From Phoronis australis (taxonomy: Eukaryota; Animalia; Phoronida), in NCBI GenBank assembly GCA_002633005.1, contig NMRA01000021.1, positions 1,113,119 through 1,177,118 on the forward strand: a stretch of DNA of 64,000 nt, given 5' to 3'. Below are positions 1-14,600 of the stretch, one piece after another (the stretch's first letter is position 1; every line of letters starts with the position of its first letter). Under the pieces are notes generated by a model, which was not told where the DNA came from, ran no database searches, and saw nothing but the letters and a program-made list of their open reading frames with translations. The position numbers and the translations under genes are program-made.

Positions 1-2505
1 CTTTATCAACAGTACTGTTGCCATATGTAAATGAGATAAATTTTGACTTTTTAATTGGTAAATGCAATAAGAAAAAGTCAGACTGAAGTGCCTCTTAAAC
101 AAGACAAGAGTTCACCCAATCAGAATCAAATTGTCATCCATATCAAGCCAGTCAAGTGAATGTTTAATTGTATTGCTAAATTTATCAATTTTAGCAGGAT
201 TCCCGGTGTACTGTCTTTTTGTGATAGAACTGCTGAATCCTGTTAAAATGACTCCTTCAACGTGCACAATTCCGTCAAACCCATCGCAGTCACGTGACTG
301 CCAAGTATCTACTTTCATTATACACTGGAGTCTTCAACAGAACTCTGTGAAACTGAATTAAACTTTCACAATCCGGTGCATAGAACAAGACTCTCAAAAC
401 TATCCGTAAATAGCTCAAATGAGCGCACATACCAGGAACGCGTGACAAACAACAAATTTTAATTACGCTTAACATTCTTCATTCATTTAGCATACAATAT
501 GGTCAAGAAGAGAAATTCTATTTCCCCACAAAACAAAGATTAAATTTTTTTTATTCTATTACTAACTAAATATGGCTTGTACTATGCAGGCGCCACCAAA
601 CAACTTTTTGGTAAATTTTGCAATATTTTCAGTAAAGTACACTCAGGAACCCAATGGTCGTCCGCCTAAGCATAAAACCGGCTTGTTGTCGTACTCACCC
701 AATTATTCCACTTCAAAGTTATGCTCTGAATAGGGTTTGATTTAACTCTCACAAATATGTAATATTCGTTGATTCAAAAGTTTTCTTTCATTTATGCCGA
801 GTTGTTTCAACTGTGCATTGCTTTTCGGCAGCCATTTTATAATGACACCTATGGTCGTCATATGCTGGCGACTTTTGAAAGAACAGAAAACCATGCAGAA
901 AAAAGACCAAGAAAATAGTGGAATGTGGTTTACAACAATTCTAGTTCAAACACAAACTGTGTTACTGGTATATAGAATTCTAAATCAATTAAAATTGGTT
1001 CAGAATTTCAGTAAAATTAATAATGATTGTTTTATTCCCGATAGACCTTACTTATTTTCTATTTGTGACCTCTTTATTTGACTTTTTGCTCTTGTTGTAC
1101 TTAACATCACTTATCTCTGCTATATTTCTTTTTCTTTTCAGTTTTTCTTCATTTTCTGTTAATACCTTGTCAATCAAAACAGAACTGTAACGCTTTGAGA
1201 CTTGGTCAGCGGAAGTTGATCACTGAACCTCAGTGCAGTTGTTCTAATAAATTACCCAGGCAATATCATATTGTTTGATTTTTTTTCTCACCTTTAACAG
1301 GCTTCTGCAATCATAAATTAATAAGTACATAAATACCCAAGTTGCATGTGCATTTTATTGCTCAATCTCTTCTTATACGTTTAATTATGTCATGCTGTGT
1401 TGTATGTAACAATGCAGTATAGTGAAATAAAATCAATGTTTTACTTTATTGGTGGCCACTCTCTATCAATTCAAGTTTTTTAATTTTCTTCAAATAAATC
1501 CAAAATGCCTTAGCCAAAAATTTCAACATAAATGTTGAGCTCAGTACTGTGTTTTGCAATAAAAAACAAGTGGACAATATTCGATGACCAGTGTGCGAGC
1601 CGAAACTGTTAAGCACCCAGCGTGTTGCATTTGTCTGCTGTGTTTTTCCTTTGGCCTAACAGGTGTCGGTTAGTGCCTGGGATAAATAGATACAATGCAT
1701 AAACAATCCCTGGGTTGTTTTTTTTCCGTCTGAAGAAAATTTAATTTCGAAAATATCTTCAGAAAATAAACAAAAAAGTGCATTACTAAAATCTACAAGT
1801 TTTTACGTGGTTTCAAAAAACAGTCGGTAAATACACTGATTTTCGTCTCAGTTCTTCGATGCGCGTTCCTCCCGAGAGGTTAGTACCTAACGTGCAGACG
1901 AGCACTCTAGATTGGAACGCTAAGTCCCGCGTAGCTGCGCTGCACGCGAAACAAGATTGCGGACGACCATTGGAGCTTGACAACAATAGGTATCCCCACT
2001 ATAATACGTGATAAGTTTTGTGCAAAATAAGGGGGAAATACTGAACTAAAATTTCAAGTATAAAAATACCATCACCTTGACCACAATGTACGGTGTTGAA
2101 AAAAACAATGATTTTGCATGGGTAATAGTCTGATATAATGTGCCCGAAATTTGAGAACCAGTTTTCTCTACTGAATAACGGGCATCAAACTCAGGTTCAC
2201 AATATACGAGCACATTATATCAGACTATTGCCTTTTGCATGAGGAGGATCATTATTTGGATTGCTACTTCTTGAGCTCTGGTTCCCAAAAAGTGAGGTGG
2301 TTGAGCCAGGTGACCAGTAGTTATGAACTGCCAGTCCTTCCCAAGTTCAAAAAAGCCCCTTTAATTTGAGAAAGGAAAAAGTCAAAACCATTTTCATAGA
2401 CTGGTGAATAATCTCAACAGAACTTAATAACTAATTTGACAGACAGCAGGTTCATGTTGGTTACAACTGATTTCACAGTCATGCTCATCTAACATCAGTA
2501 CTTAC

Positions 2506-2690
2506 CACGACAACATCATTTTTCTTTTGAAGGAACCTGTCACTTCCAGCTATGGCCAGGTAGACATCATACTTTTTAAAGTTATACTCTGGTGGCGCTA
2601 GTGTGAATGTAACCGTGACCAGGCGTTCAGCCTCGTTGATATCGTAAACCATAAACGAATACCAATATGCTGTGTTTGCAATGTCACTGT
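2506..2690 (-). CDS. IL-17R-like exon 6 (second FnIII/Ig-like domain start)
   Basis: Acceptor tttcttctttattcag, donor gtaagt, 185 nt, phase 1-0; encodes YWYSFMVY...VTVTFTLAPPEYNFKKYDVYL. Confidence 0.75.
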
Positions 2691-5600
2691 CTGAATAAAG
2701 AAGAAATGTGATTTCAATTTGATACCTTAATAGTTACACCAGACTTCAGAATAAACTGGATATTCATGATTGACAAAACTTTGACATGAAAACCAGGACT
2801 CCGCAGATGTTGCTCCACGCACTTGGTCACATTCAAGACCCTTATTCAAACTTATTCCAAATGATTTTCTTTCAGCACAAAATAAATATTTAACTAAATT
2901 TAAAACAAGATCACCACAGAGAGTTGAAATGCGACCACGAATGCAGCGCAAACAGTGACCTCTATGGGTTTATATTTGAATCATATAAATGACACAAAAT
3001 ACATCGAGTCCATGCAAAAACTGGTATGTGTCGTCAAAGCTATTTACCAAATTTCAAAAAATCTGTCAAGGAACTTCTGAGAAACCAAGGTACATGACAA
3101 AAATGAAATTGCCACAAGGAGGCTATAGGCGCAAAAAGAACATATTAAATGCCACTAAGAGGCACCACAGTAGGTGAAGTCATCGGAAAATCATCGTCAG
3201 ACATCCTCTTCACAATATACATGTCCATTTCCACAATCATCCTTAGAATGGTTTGGTTGAGGGGCATTTACCAAAAAACATACTCTTAAATGGCCACTGG
3301 GTGCCACAAAGTGCCTCAAATTCATCTGAAAACCAGATGATAGCCTCACCTCACTAACAGAGTCCTATCTGCAAAATAATGTTATGAAAATCTGTTGACG
3401 ACCTTTGAATATAGAGACAGGTACACTTAAAAAATAAAATTACCACTAGGGGCATACCAGTACTCCGATCTGTTAGAAAGTAGTCGTCCTCTGTTGTAAA
3501 CTTCATATAAATACACCAGCAAAATTCATTAAAGATCCTGTTGAGTGCTCAGGAGATACAGCCATGGGAACAAAAACAAACAAAACTGCCACTAGGAGTC
3601 GCCACAGTAGTCAAAATCGTCGGAAAATAATTGTCAGCCGCCCTCTACACAGTAAGAACATATACGCCAATTTTCAAAATCATTCCTAGAGCGGTTTGGT
3701 TGATAGAAGGAAGACGCCAAAAAAGCAGCTCGAGAACACTACAAATGGCCCCTAGGTGTTGCAAAGTATCTCGAATCCGTCCAAAAACGGGAATATGGCA
3801 TCAACTCACTAATAGATGACTAACTGTCAAATTTTATGAAAATCCGTTGAGGACCTACGAAGATACAGAGGTAAATCAAAATTAAAATTGCCACTAGGGG
3901 GCACACCGGTAGTCGAGGGAGGTCTGAAATTCGTTGTCAACCGTCATATGCTTCATAGGAACATATCTGCCAAATCTCATAAGATCCTGAGTTAGGGTTT
4001 AGAAGAAACAGCTGCGGACGCCCCGACAGAGATGATGGCAACATGCAATCATATAATTATGTGGTGGCATAAAAAATAATTTTTGATCCAACAAAATGGC
4101 CACCAAAGTTATACATCATTTAATTTCCTTTGAACTGCTAGCCACAAAAAAGGTAAACATTTGGCAGCTACATCTGAGTGAACACCAGCACCCTCTACAG
4201 GCCTTAGACAATGAAGATTGCATCAAATGTCAACACCGCCAAAAAGGTGACTTTTGAATAGCTATTTTGCCCAACATGGCAGCAACATAATTTTCTTAAG
4301 GATTCACAACAAATGCACCTGCATAGAAATGCACTTTTGACCTAAAACATCAGTGCTTAGGGCCATCAGAAAACCTTCACCAGGAAAAGCAAGTTCCAGC
4401 AATCTTCTTAATATTATTTAGACATTTAGGTTTCACAAGGTAAGCCACGGCTCATTAGCAACATAATATTCAAACAGGGACATACTTTTTTCTCCATATC
4501 CCTTCATTTCAAAAGTCCATGACACATAATTCACAGGTTTCAACCTAGAAGGACTCCTCGGGAGACTGGTTAGTTCGACAAAGTACACGCCGTCAACCAA
4601 AGCTGAACCAAGGGAAAAGTCAAATACAATCTGCAAGAGAAGACAAGATGAATCATCATTATATCCAGTGTCAGTATTGATATGAAACCCAGCAAAAAGT
4701 GGTGGGTATCAGATGCAAGATGTAGGAAGCCCGGACAAAGACGAGAGCAATATGCACTAACAGGTGTACAGGGTGATTATACTCACAGAGCAGGCCCCAC
4801 AATTTTGCTTTGTTTTCCAGGGTAGGCAGAAACTACACAGACCGTAAATTTTCTGAATTGAGCTCACATGCTGATGGGGAACCCGTTCAATGCTAGCATT
4901 TCTGGCCGCATTCAAGCAGTTTTTCCCAACGCTTACTGCATTTAGTCCAATGGAGCAAGAGGAAACGTGAAACAATTTCTGTAAGAGTGGCCTAGTTGAG
5001 CTGACACTTGAGACAAAGCAGAGCTCGACTTAAGTGGGTAAATGCTCGAAAATACAAGTGACAAGTAGAAATGACTCTCGCAGGCAAACGCCTGATCGGT
5101 GTTTTTTTTTTTTCTATTTTCTGTCACAGTTGCTGGCAACTGCATCTCTAACTGTAGACCCTGCAATCATGTTTAGTGTTGTCCACTACCTATTTTGAGA
5201 AACCATGCCATTTAAAGATTGATGAGATGGGTGTGCGCAAAGACATGGGGAACTTTTAAGGAAGTGAAGGTTGTACATATTGGGGTTAATCTGAAAGCCA
5301 AGAGCAGGTGCCTGGAAGTATATAGTACATTACTCTTCCCCGTCAATAAAACGTTTGCCATCCTCAATCACANCAGTACATTACTTTTCTTGGCAATAAA
5401 ACGTTTGCCATCCTCAACCACATGCAGACATGCTCTTTGGCAAATTTACTGTTGGTGGTGCATTTGTATGATTAACTCATATGAAATCGAAACCTTTCTT
5501 TAATTATTGTAACATTCTGGTTTTCGGCAAAAGTCACTTAAAATGGTTCTGAATTTTGAAAACTTGTTTCAAAATGTGGGACAATTGTAAGTGACTTAAT

Positions 5601-8600
5601 TAACAAGGTTTTTACTTCATTCAATTGCAACAAGTTTTGCACGGGCAGGAGCTGTTTTTAATAAACAGTAATTCAGACTTACAGGGTCAGTGTTAAGATA
5701 GTCATTGCTGGTCCAGTTAGTTTGGGTGAGATTGAAGAGTCTGCAGATACGATAACCATTGAGCGTAATGCTTGTGAACGTCAGAAGGAATCCATTCAAG
5801 TACTTGATGCTTTCTGGAAGATGTAGAAAACAGTTGTAATCGTAATAATTACGTAAAAGTACAGGCTGAAATCAAAATACAGTAAAACTCACGAAAGTCG
5901 AATCCAACTGAGAGATTTTACTTGACATGTAAGGGAATTCATATATTAAGGGTCGAGTATACAAACTAGAACAACTGGACTGTGGAATTGCATCTGAGTT
6001 GGGCTAAAATCCAAGTTTGACGGACTTACGTTAGGTATACAACTACAGCATTAGTTTGACAGCACTTTGGTAACACTGGTTACAGTCTTCCAGCAACTTA
6101 ATGGTATGGTATCTCTTCACTGGCTTAGCACACAATGTGGTGGACAAGTGAAATTTTATGAAGTTTCTTGAACAAAAATAAATATTAAGAAAAGTTCAGT
6201 TTGTTGTTGGCTTGGTTAGAGTTGTGCAGATATCATAAAACAAATTTAAATTATGTAAAAGTTCATAATGTTTGCGTTAAAGTAGCTAGTCTTTGAAAAC
6301 ATTGAAAAGTGACAAATAATATTTTGTTTATTATTTTTGTGTGAAATAAGTGAATAATTACCCTTACTGCACCTTAGTACCTGACAAAATACTACAGTAA
6401 TTCATATCACCGTAACACAAATGGCCGTGAAGGGAGTCAGGGACTAGTGAGTAACATGCTAACATCATCAATTTAAATAGGCAATTATCCACTCAGTTGA
6501 ATGAGCAATTAGTGAAAGATCCATCATGGGTGATGGTAGAAAACTTTCAAAAAAATGCATACATAAGAATTTCATAACAACACTTCTTTCAGTGCTTAAG
6601 TGCAATGAGTACTTACGGTCTTGTGGCGCTTGCCATGTCGCGCCAGCCGTTCCATACTTTATGCCTTTGTATAAGAACGTCCCAGGAATTAACTTGGCAT
6701 TGATTGGTTTGTGAGGCCAACTGTCGTCTTTGTACCGATATGCGGGGCCAGATTCATCGCAAGCTGAAAAGGAAACAATTAACAAAAATTTACCATGAAT
6801 ACAACCAATCATTTCTGAAATTCGACGTTCTGGTGTTGGTCAATTTTTTACACTCTTTAAAACACCAAATTCTTATCATATTAGTGAAAGTTTTGAGATT
6901 TTCCAACAAATGTCTGAGCTGACCTTCAGGTGTCACATCGGTAGACATTCCAAATTACTAGCACTGTTACACAGTGTAGTCTGATCACAGTGCTCACACC
7001 AGGAAAATCTGAGCAAGCTGGGCTTTATGTTCACACTGTCACCACAAGGTGGCATCAGGGTTTGTTACCTGACTTTTACCATAAGGTGGCGCAAACGCCC
7101 GATAGACTTTCACCTTCAGGTACATGTAATACTGTGGCTTCCTNAAATACATAAAAAATATTAAGGGTCGAGTATACAAACTAGAACAACTGGACTGTGG
7201 AATTGCATCTGAGTTGGGTTTACAACAACAGCATTAGTTTGACAGCACTTTGGTAACACTGGTTACAGTCTTCCAGCAACTTAATGGTATGGTATCTCTT
7301 CACTGGCTTAGCACACAATGTGGTAGACAAGTGAAATTTTATGAAGTTTCTTGAACAAAAATAAATAATAAGAAAATTTCAGTCTGTTGTTGGCTTGGTT
7401 AGAGTTGTGCAGATATCATAAAACACATCTTTGAAAAAATTGAAAAGTGACAAATAATATTTTGTTTATTATTTTTGTGTGAAATAAGTGAATAATTGCC
7501 CTTACTGCACCTTAGTACCTGACAAAGTACTACAGTAATTCATATCACCGTAACACAAATGGCCGTGAAGGGAGTCAGGGACTAGTGAGTAACATGCTAT
7601 CATCATCAATTTATATAGGAAAATATCCACTCATGTTAAATGAGCAATTAGTGAAAGATCCATCATGGGTGATGGTAGAAAAACTTTCAAAAAATGCGTA
7701 GATAAGAATTTCATAACAACACTTCTTTCCGTGCTTAAGTGCAATGAGTACTTACGGTCTTGTGGCGCTTGCCATGTCGCGCCAGCAGTTCCAAACTTTT
7801 TGCCTTTGTATAACAACGTCCCAGGAATTAACTTGGCATTGATTGGTTTGTGAGGCCAACTGTCGTCTTTGTACCGATACGCGGGGCCAGATTCATCGCA
7901 AGCTGAAAAGGAAACAATTAACAAAAATTTACCATGAATACAACCAATCATTTCTGAAATTCGACGTTCTGGTGTTGGTCAATTTTTTACACTCTTTAAA
8001 ACACCAAATTCTTATCATATTAGTGAAAGTTTTGAGATTTTCCAACAAATGTCTGAGCTGACCTTCAGGTGTCACATCGGTAGACATTCCAAATTACTAG
8101 CACTGTTACACAGTGTAGTCTGATCACAGTGCTCACACCAGGAAAATCTGAGCAAGCTGGGCTTTAAGTTCACACTGTCACCACAAGGTGGCATCAGGGT
8201 TTGTTACCTGACTTTTACCATAAGGTGGCGCAAACGCCCGATAGACTTTCACCTTCAGGTACATGTAATACTGTGGCTTCCTGCCAGTAGATGGTCTACC
8301 AATACCTAAGACCATTTGGTTAGCATAGTATCTTTGACACTGGTTGTACCTTGAATACAGGTCATTGCTGAATAACTCTACCATGTATTTACTTTGTCCT
8401 ATTGTTCTAAGGGTTGAAGCCAGTGAAAATCTTGCATAGATAGAACTAGTTGCAGATGGTAAACTTTACGGCATCACGAAAGCTTCCGTCTTCGAAATAT
8501 TCTTTCGTGCAGTTCCCACTCATTTATTCATCTCCTCGGCATCCATTACACTTATTACACAGAGGTGAGTCTACACAGCTAAAGCAGAACACACACAACG

Positions 8601-11600
8601 CAATACGGGTGCGACATGCCCGGTAGCTCATCTAGGCTTATGACACACGACGCACATGATGAAATAAAAAGATATCAGCACCTGATGTGCAATTTTTCAT
8701 AGGCATGTCACTCAAACGCTTAATTAAGGGCAAAAAATTGCAGTGAATGGCTACTTGCCAGTGCGGCAATGTGCAATCACTGGTAATTCTTAGGTAAGTT
8801 TGTCTAGTGGCCTGGCATGCTATAAATGTGGCATCACCAAAGCATACTTAACAGCATGACAATGCTGATTCTGAACATGACAGCCATTCATAACCAAAAA
8901 GCTGCTTGCGAGACCTCTGAACAAACAGTGACCCGGGTGAGAATTTTACACGTTTGACACCCTCTGTGAGCGTGGAGTATTGGAACAGATATCAAATGTG
9001 TCAAACGTGTAAAGCGTGGCGTGTCAAACATATAAAATGTAGCGTGTCAAACATGTAACATGTAGCGTGTCAAACGTGTAAATGTAGCGTGTCAAACGTG
9101 GCGAAAACGTCAAAATTTTACACATTTGACAAGGTAGCGTGTAAAATTTTACACATATTACACACTAGCTTGTCAAATTCTAAACGTTTGACATGCTAGC
9201 GTGTCACATTTTACACGTTAGTCTGGCAATTTTGACACATATCACACACTTTTTACACGTTTGACACGTGTAAAATTCTCACCCGGGGTACCAGAGTGAA
9301 ATTTCATGCCGTTGCACAGGGCATGAATAAGATTGTCCCGGATTACACAGTGAGAGAACTTTCCTTTTTCCCCGAGATAAGAAAGCCCGTGAACTCGTAT
9401 TGAAAATCAGACACATTTTCATGCATCTCATTTATGTCGGGAAGGCTAAGGATTTCACATCACACATCCACGAGTATTTGTCCAGTTTATCAAACTTAAT
9501 CATGGCAGAGTTGCAGTCCACAGAATGGCAGTATTACTTAACTGGCATTGGAAGGACGAATAGAGAATTGCAACCAAGAAAAACTTGTAAATAATGAGAC
9601 AACAACAAATAACATGTGAAACTCTATGGCACAAAAACGAGGCAGCAAATGTGCCTGATGGATGTTTAGGGCACTGTGGGTAAATACAGTGAGATTCGAG
9701 TGTCGCTGTGTAATCCGGGATGGCCCTATTGTTAGAAAAGTCCTTTTACTTACCAATGGAAGAATTCACTTCAAGAGTGCATTTCACATGAGACTGAAAA
9801 AGAAACACAAATGCCAATAATGTCAAGATGAGAATTTACAAGTTTTTAGACATGCTAAATTAAACCTGCCTTCTGCCAAAACAATGCTTTGATTTAGGGA
9901 CCATTTATAACAACACTGGAGGGCGAGTGTCCCTCAATATGCCCAGACAGTTAACTTTTGTCCAGAATTGATTTGTCAACAATGCCCGTTAACTGCCCAA
10001 CAAACTGATGACCGCATTTACAAAGTGGTAATGATCACAGTTATCTATCGCCAGGTGTCGCTGTCAAAAATATCACATGCTACCTTATTATTTGACCTTT
10101 TTCAAACATTTACAATTCTACAACTCCCGAAGCACTTTAAATTCCACTCAATACACACAATAATTCAATTTTCTAAAAAAGCTCCACATTTTCATAGCCC
10201 CATGTTTTTATAACTTCTCAATGACTTGCATACCCCAAACTGCTTTTATTGTACTTCAGCGTCCAATATAACTTCCAAACTGAAATCTGAATGGTTCAAG
10301 TAACTTCTTAATTGACACTGAGGATCCTCTAGTACTTGAGCTAAGTTGGTATGAAAAGGCCTTTAGAAAACATGCCGTTGTTACAGGACTACGCAGCAGA
10401 TGGCACTGCATGTTAGATGTTGTTTGTTCATCATTATTTGCAAAGTGCTAACAATTACATGCATGTTTGAAGCATTAATTTTCCCACTGTTAGGCTGCTA
10501 TCCTATACTTCTTATTTTGTATATGTGTTCCATGTGCTATTGTAGCTCTCTTTGCCAAGTGCTGGAACTCGAGTGTATTTTCCAGATCACTGTCATTCTT
10601 GGGCACTGATTTCACCAACAAATATCCTGGAAAAATGTGTGTTTATTCAGTGATAAAACTTGTTTCAACTTGTTTCTTACAATCAGTAGAGACTTGAAAT
10701 CTGGCTTTGGGAAGAATTAACAAAACGTTATATCTTGAGATCGAGTAAAAAAGTTTACATGACCATGCAGGTCATTTTATTATTTGCTGAGAACAAACTG
10801 GCTATTCTTCCACAAATTCTTTCATGTTTAAGTAAAGAACTTTCTGACACCCGTTTGTACCACAAATACAAGCCTTAAGCCTTGGTATTTCAACAGAAGT
10901 CCGTTTTCACCCCATGTTTCATTGCTTGTGAAACTCAATGTAGACAAGGTTGACAAAGTTTTGAACTGTTTTCCAAAACCAAGAAGAGGTCATCATGGCA
11001 TTTGATTGCCAAAGCTTTAGACTTTTCATGGAACAGTCGATAAAACTTTTCACTGACACTTGCCTTGTTTCACAAACCCATGCCCAATAACTGTAAAAAA
11101 GAAGTATTCTAACGAGTCCTATCGAGAAGAACTGAAAATTGCTCATTGTTACAGCAGAGTTATCCCAGATGAGTAGAGATAACAAGAGTTCAGACTAACT
11201 AGTCCAGATTTCCCAAACTTATGCTGACTGAGCGCAAGAGGAACTGCACAACACCACGACCGCAGCTAGAATGATCCATCACGACAGTCTATGACTCGTA
11301 ATGACAGAGAAACTGTATTCTGTGAGATTGCTTTTGGCACATAAAATAAACAACAGATATTCCATGCACTCTTCAAAGATATTCAATGTATTTCTAACTG
11401 TGAACTGTTACAGTAACTCTTGGCACTAGCATTTTATGCTCTTTGTTGAAAAATTAACTGTGAGAGACTGTTCGCACAACGAATGACAAACAACAGGGTC
11501 ACCTGGGTCCAAGCATGGGGTTTCTAGGAGCAAAAGCATACTAGTAGTTTTACATGATATGTTACAAAATTTATGGTTATACAATTGCCATTACTGAGTA

Positions 11601-14600
11601 ATGAGTGAATGGGTTTGTAAATGCTCAATGCACTAACTGACAGTTCTCCGACATGACAGAAAGTCGGCAAATAGGGATGCACTGATTATGCTCACTATCA
11701 ACATAAAGAGTTTGTTTCCTCACTGATTCTTATGCCAAAGTTGATGCTGACGTAACTGCAAAAGCAAGATTCTATCAATGGAAAGTTTGCATGTGTAGGC
11801 CTACAGGTTTGAAAAAACAACAAGAAATTATAGATGGAAAGAGATATCCTGTGTAAGCGTTTTTTTTCTTTTTACGTAGGCTACATCAGTTACGGGTTCA
11901 ATTTCTGGCAATCAAATATGCACACTGTATTCTTTAAGTAGACACTAAGAAAATGTGAGGCTTACTGTGGTCGGGTTTCTAATTCCAGCATTCTGCATTG
12001 AGACATCAGTAATCAAGCGGGATGGAAGGGTTAAAATCTTGATATAACTTCACATAACATAACAAGAGTTTTCCTGTATCAAAAGGTTAAAAATTTGAAC
12101 TCAACAATAAGGGCATTCATCTCTAACATTGAAGAAATTACAAAGGAGTCTGGGTATCAAAGATAATAAATGAAATTAGTCATTGTCAAAACACTTCCTC
12201 TCCATTGACAATCACAGGATAACACAATTGTTTATCTTAAACCCTTGGCCAGAATACTACATAATTAAACCAGGAACTTCCTCTTGTAGACTTGCAAGCT
12301 AGAAACTGGATCATTGACTAATTTACCTCACTGCTACAAGGACGCAACTTTGCTCACAGAGAAAAATTGTGCTATGTTAAAATTCAATTCTTCACTTGTT
12401 TAGCACACATTACAGATGAAAAGTGAAAGTCTATTTTAAGTTTCTTCACAAAAATAAAGAATAAGAACATTTTAGTCCCCACAGGTATGGTTTGCAGTGT
12501 GTAAATGTCAGAAAACAACGTAAAGATACCCCAATCAGAAATCAGTCACTGAAAATTTATACAAAAAGACCATTAAGGCAAATAAGTGGAAGTAAGGGTA
12601 CAATCGCTGTAAGTGTGCGTAATTGTTTATATGTTTGCCAAGCAGAGCTCACGCAACATTACCGTTCCCTAAGTCACCTACAAGGCCTCTTGAATTGGGA
12701 ACTAAAAGATCTGAGGGTGGACGCTTAAAGCCAAACATGAGCCCCTAAAAATGACAAAAAATTTTAAAAGGATACTAAATCCTGTTTTGAAGATTTCAAC
12801 CAATTCTCGTTCTATCATCTGCTATTATGCATCATTGGCGTCAACCTTTTAAGTTAAAGGCAGGAATCAACTAAAAGCTCATGTCACAGGTTGGCCAATC
12901 GGTGGGTGGTCTTTCTCCACAGTTGCCCTGTAATTCGCTTAGCGTAGGTTACGCATGCCCATTTAACAAACATTGAAAGGAGTTTTCAAAATTTCCTCCA
13001 AACTTTTGAGGGTCACTGAGGGTTATTTTATTTCAGAGAACTGGAAGGGGAAAGTCGTTCTTACCGTAATCGTTCGGGTTAACGCCCATGCTCAGTTAAC
13101 CGCCCATCCCCAACTTTAAGTGGATTTTCGATTTAACCGCCCACTGCTCGGTTAACCGCTTTCCCCCGATTTTTTGGATTCGCCAATTTAACCGCCCAGG
13201 GCGCTAACCCGAACGATTACGGTAATATGTGTTGATAGGCTAAAAGCGGGTTTGGTATCCTTTTAAGAAGCCGACTGGTTTGGTGCTTATAGAGCAGCAA
13301 TGATATCAGACTTCACCCCTAATTGAATAAAAGATGTGTCTATTATAGACAATGAAGTGCAAGTTGCTTCATTTTGCTGCTCAGACTGGATGGACAATAG
13401 AGGATGGGACTACTCATTGAGTGCAACAAAAGACCCTTTCACACTACTGTTGCAGCTTCCCTGGTTGCAGTCAGTATGAATAGTAAACTTCCTTCCTGGG
13501 TCCTGGATCTAAGTTAACAGCGCCAGTTCACTTTGCAGTAAACACTCTGGTGGACTTAACATCGGACTGTCGATGCTTCAGTGCAATATGAATAGTCAAC
13601 TTCAGTCTCTTCAAAGAGGTTAGCAATAGTTATCACGCAGTTTTGCCGTGAGTTAGTCTTTCTCATTATGGAATTGTTAATAAAATATTCCATTTGACGT
13701 GTACAGAAGGGCTATCACAAAATATGACATAAATTGTTTTCATGAAAAACTTGAAGGTTGTATGAAATGAATAGATAAAACTGAACAGCATTTTCAAGAT
13801 TTTAAGTTAACAATTCATATCAAAAAGATTTGGTTATGTTGCGGAAACCAGTGTTTTTATCTTTTACTAAAAAGACATGGTCACATGGTCACAAGAACCA
13901 ATTAATATCAGATTGGTAAAAAGACCAAAATCCAGTTCTACTGGCTTTCTACTTTCACTTCAGAAACACATAATTTATATTTTGCCTGATAAAATTTATA
14001 GTTTTGCACTACAGATGTAGGTCTAAATAAGTAGACTTGTCGACAACGCCTGCTAGGTACAAAACCCATTCCACTTAAGAGCTGCTCGAATTCTGGCACT
14101 TGACCAAGAGCAAAACAAACATACAATAATCTCAGGCTATCTTATCCTAGTAGGAAAAATGTTTTACAACTTCCTTGTAAATGTTAAAACACTAAGGCTA
14201 GAGTTTTAACTGCTGCTCAGGAGTCTGGTCATTACAGACACTTCAGAATGACTTTATTAGTCAAAGAGAATGACGTATCATACTAAATAAGGCTGTTCTG
14301 GATTACACAGCGACACTCAAATATCGCTGTATTTACCCACAACACTGTTAAACACCCGACAGACACATTTGCGGGCTCGTTTTCGTGCCATTGGCGTTTC
14401 ACATGTTATTTGTTGTTGTCTGATTCTTTACAAGTTTTTCTCGATTGCATTACTCAATTCACCCTTACTGCGCTGCAGGCTGCAATCCACTGATGAGAGA
14501 AAGTTTGATAAAACTGGACAAATACTCCTGGAAAGCATTTTTTTATCTTTGGAACAAAGGAGAGTTCCATCATCTTGTAAGCAGAGACAGACCCATTGTT

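Larger units (their letters stand above)
5943..8282. repeat. ~1.15-kb tandem duplication (5943-7143 and 7158-8282) across a single N
   Basis: Near-identical copies with small indels, separated by N at 7144. Confidence 0.9.

Noticed and set aside
112-324. ORF MKVDTWQSRDC... as the next IL-17R-like exon
   Set aside because: Weak acceptor, and the sequence does not fit the expected FnIII continuation.
699-1304. Micro-exon candidates 1292-1304 and 699-725 on the minus strand
   Set aside because: Splice-like ends, but they are not phase-compatible with each other and cannot be validated without transcripts.
5325-5420. ~50-bp tandem duplication
   Set aside because: Straddles a single N at 5373; almost certainly a contig-overlap artefact.
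8178-8384. 68-aa ORF MVELFSNDLY...
   Set aside because: No recognisable homology or clear splice signals; intronic.
8990-9240. CRISPR-like periodic repeats
   Set aside because: No unique spacers, eukaryotic context, and they lie inside a TIR element.
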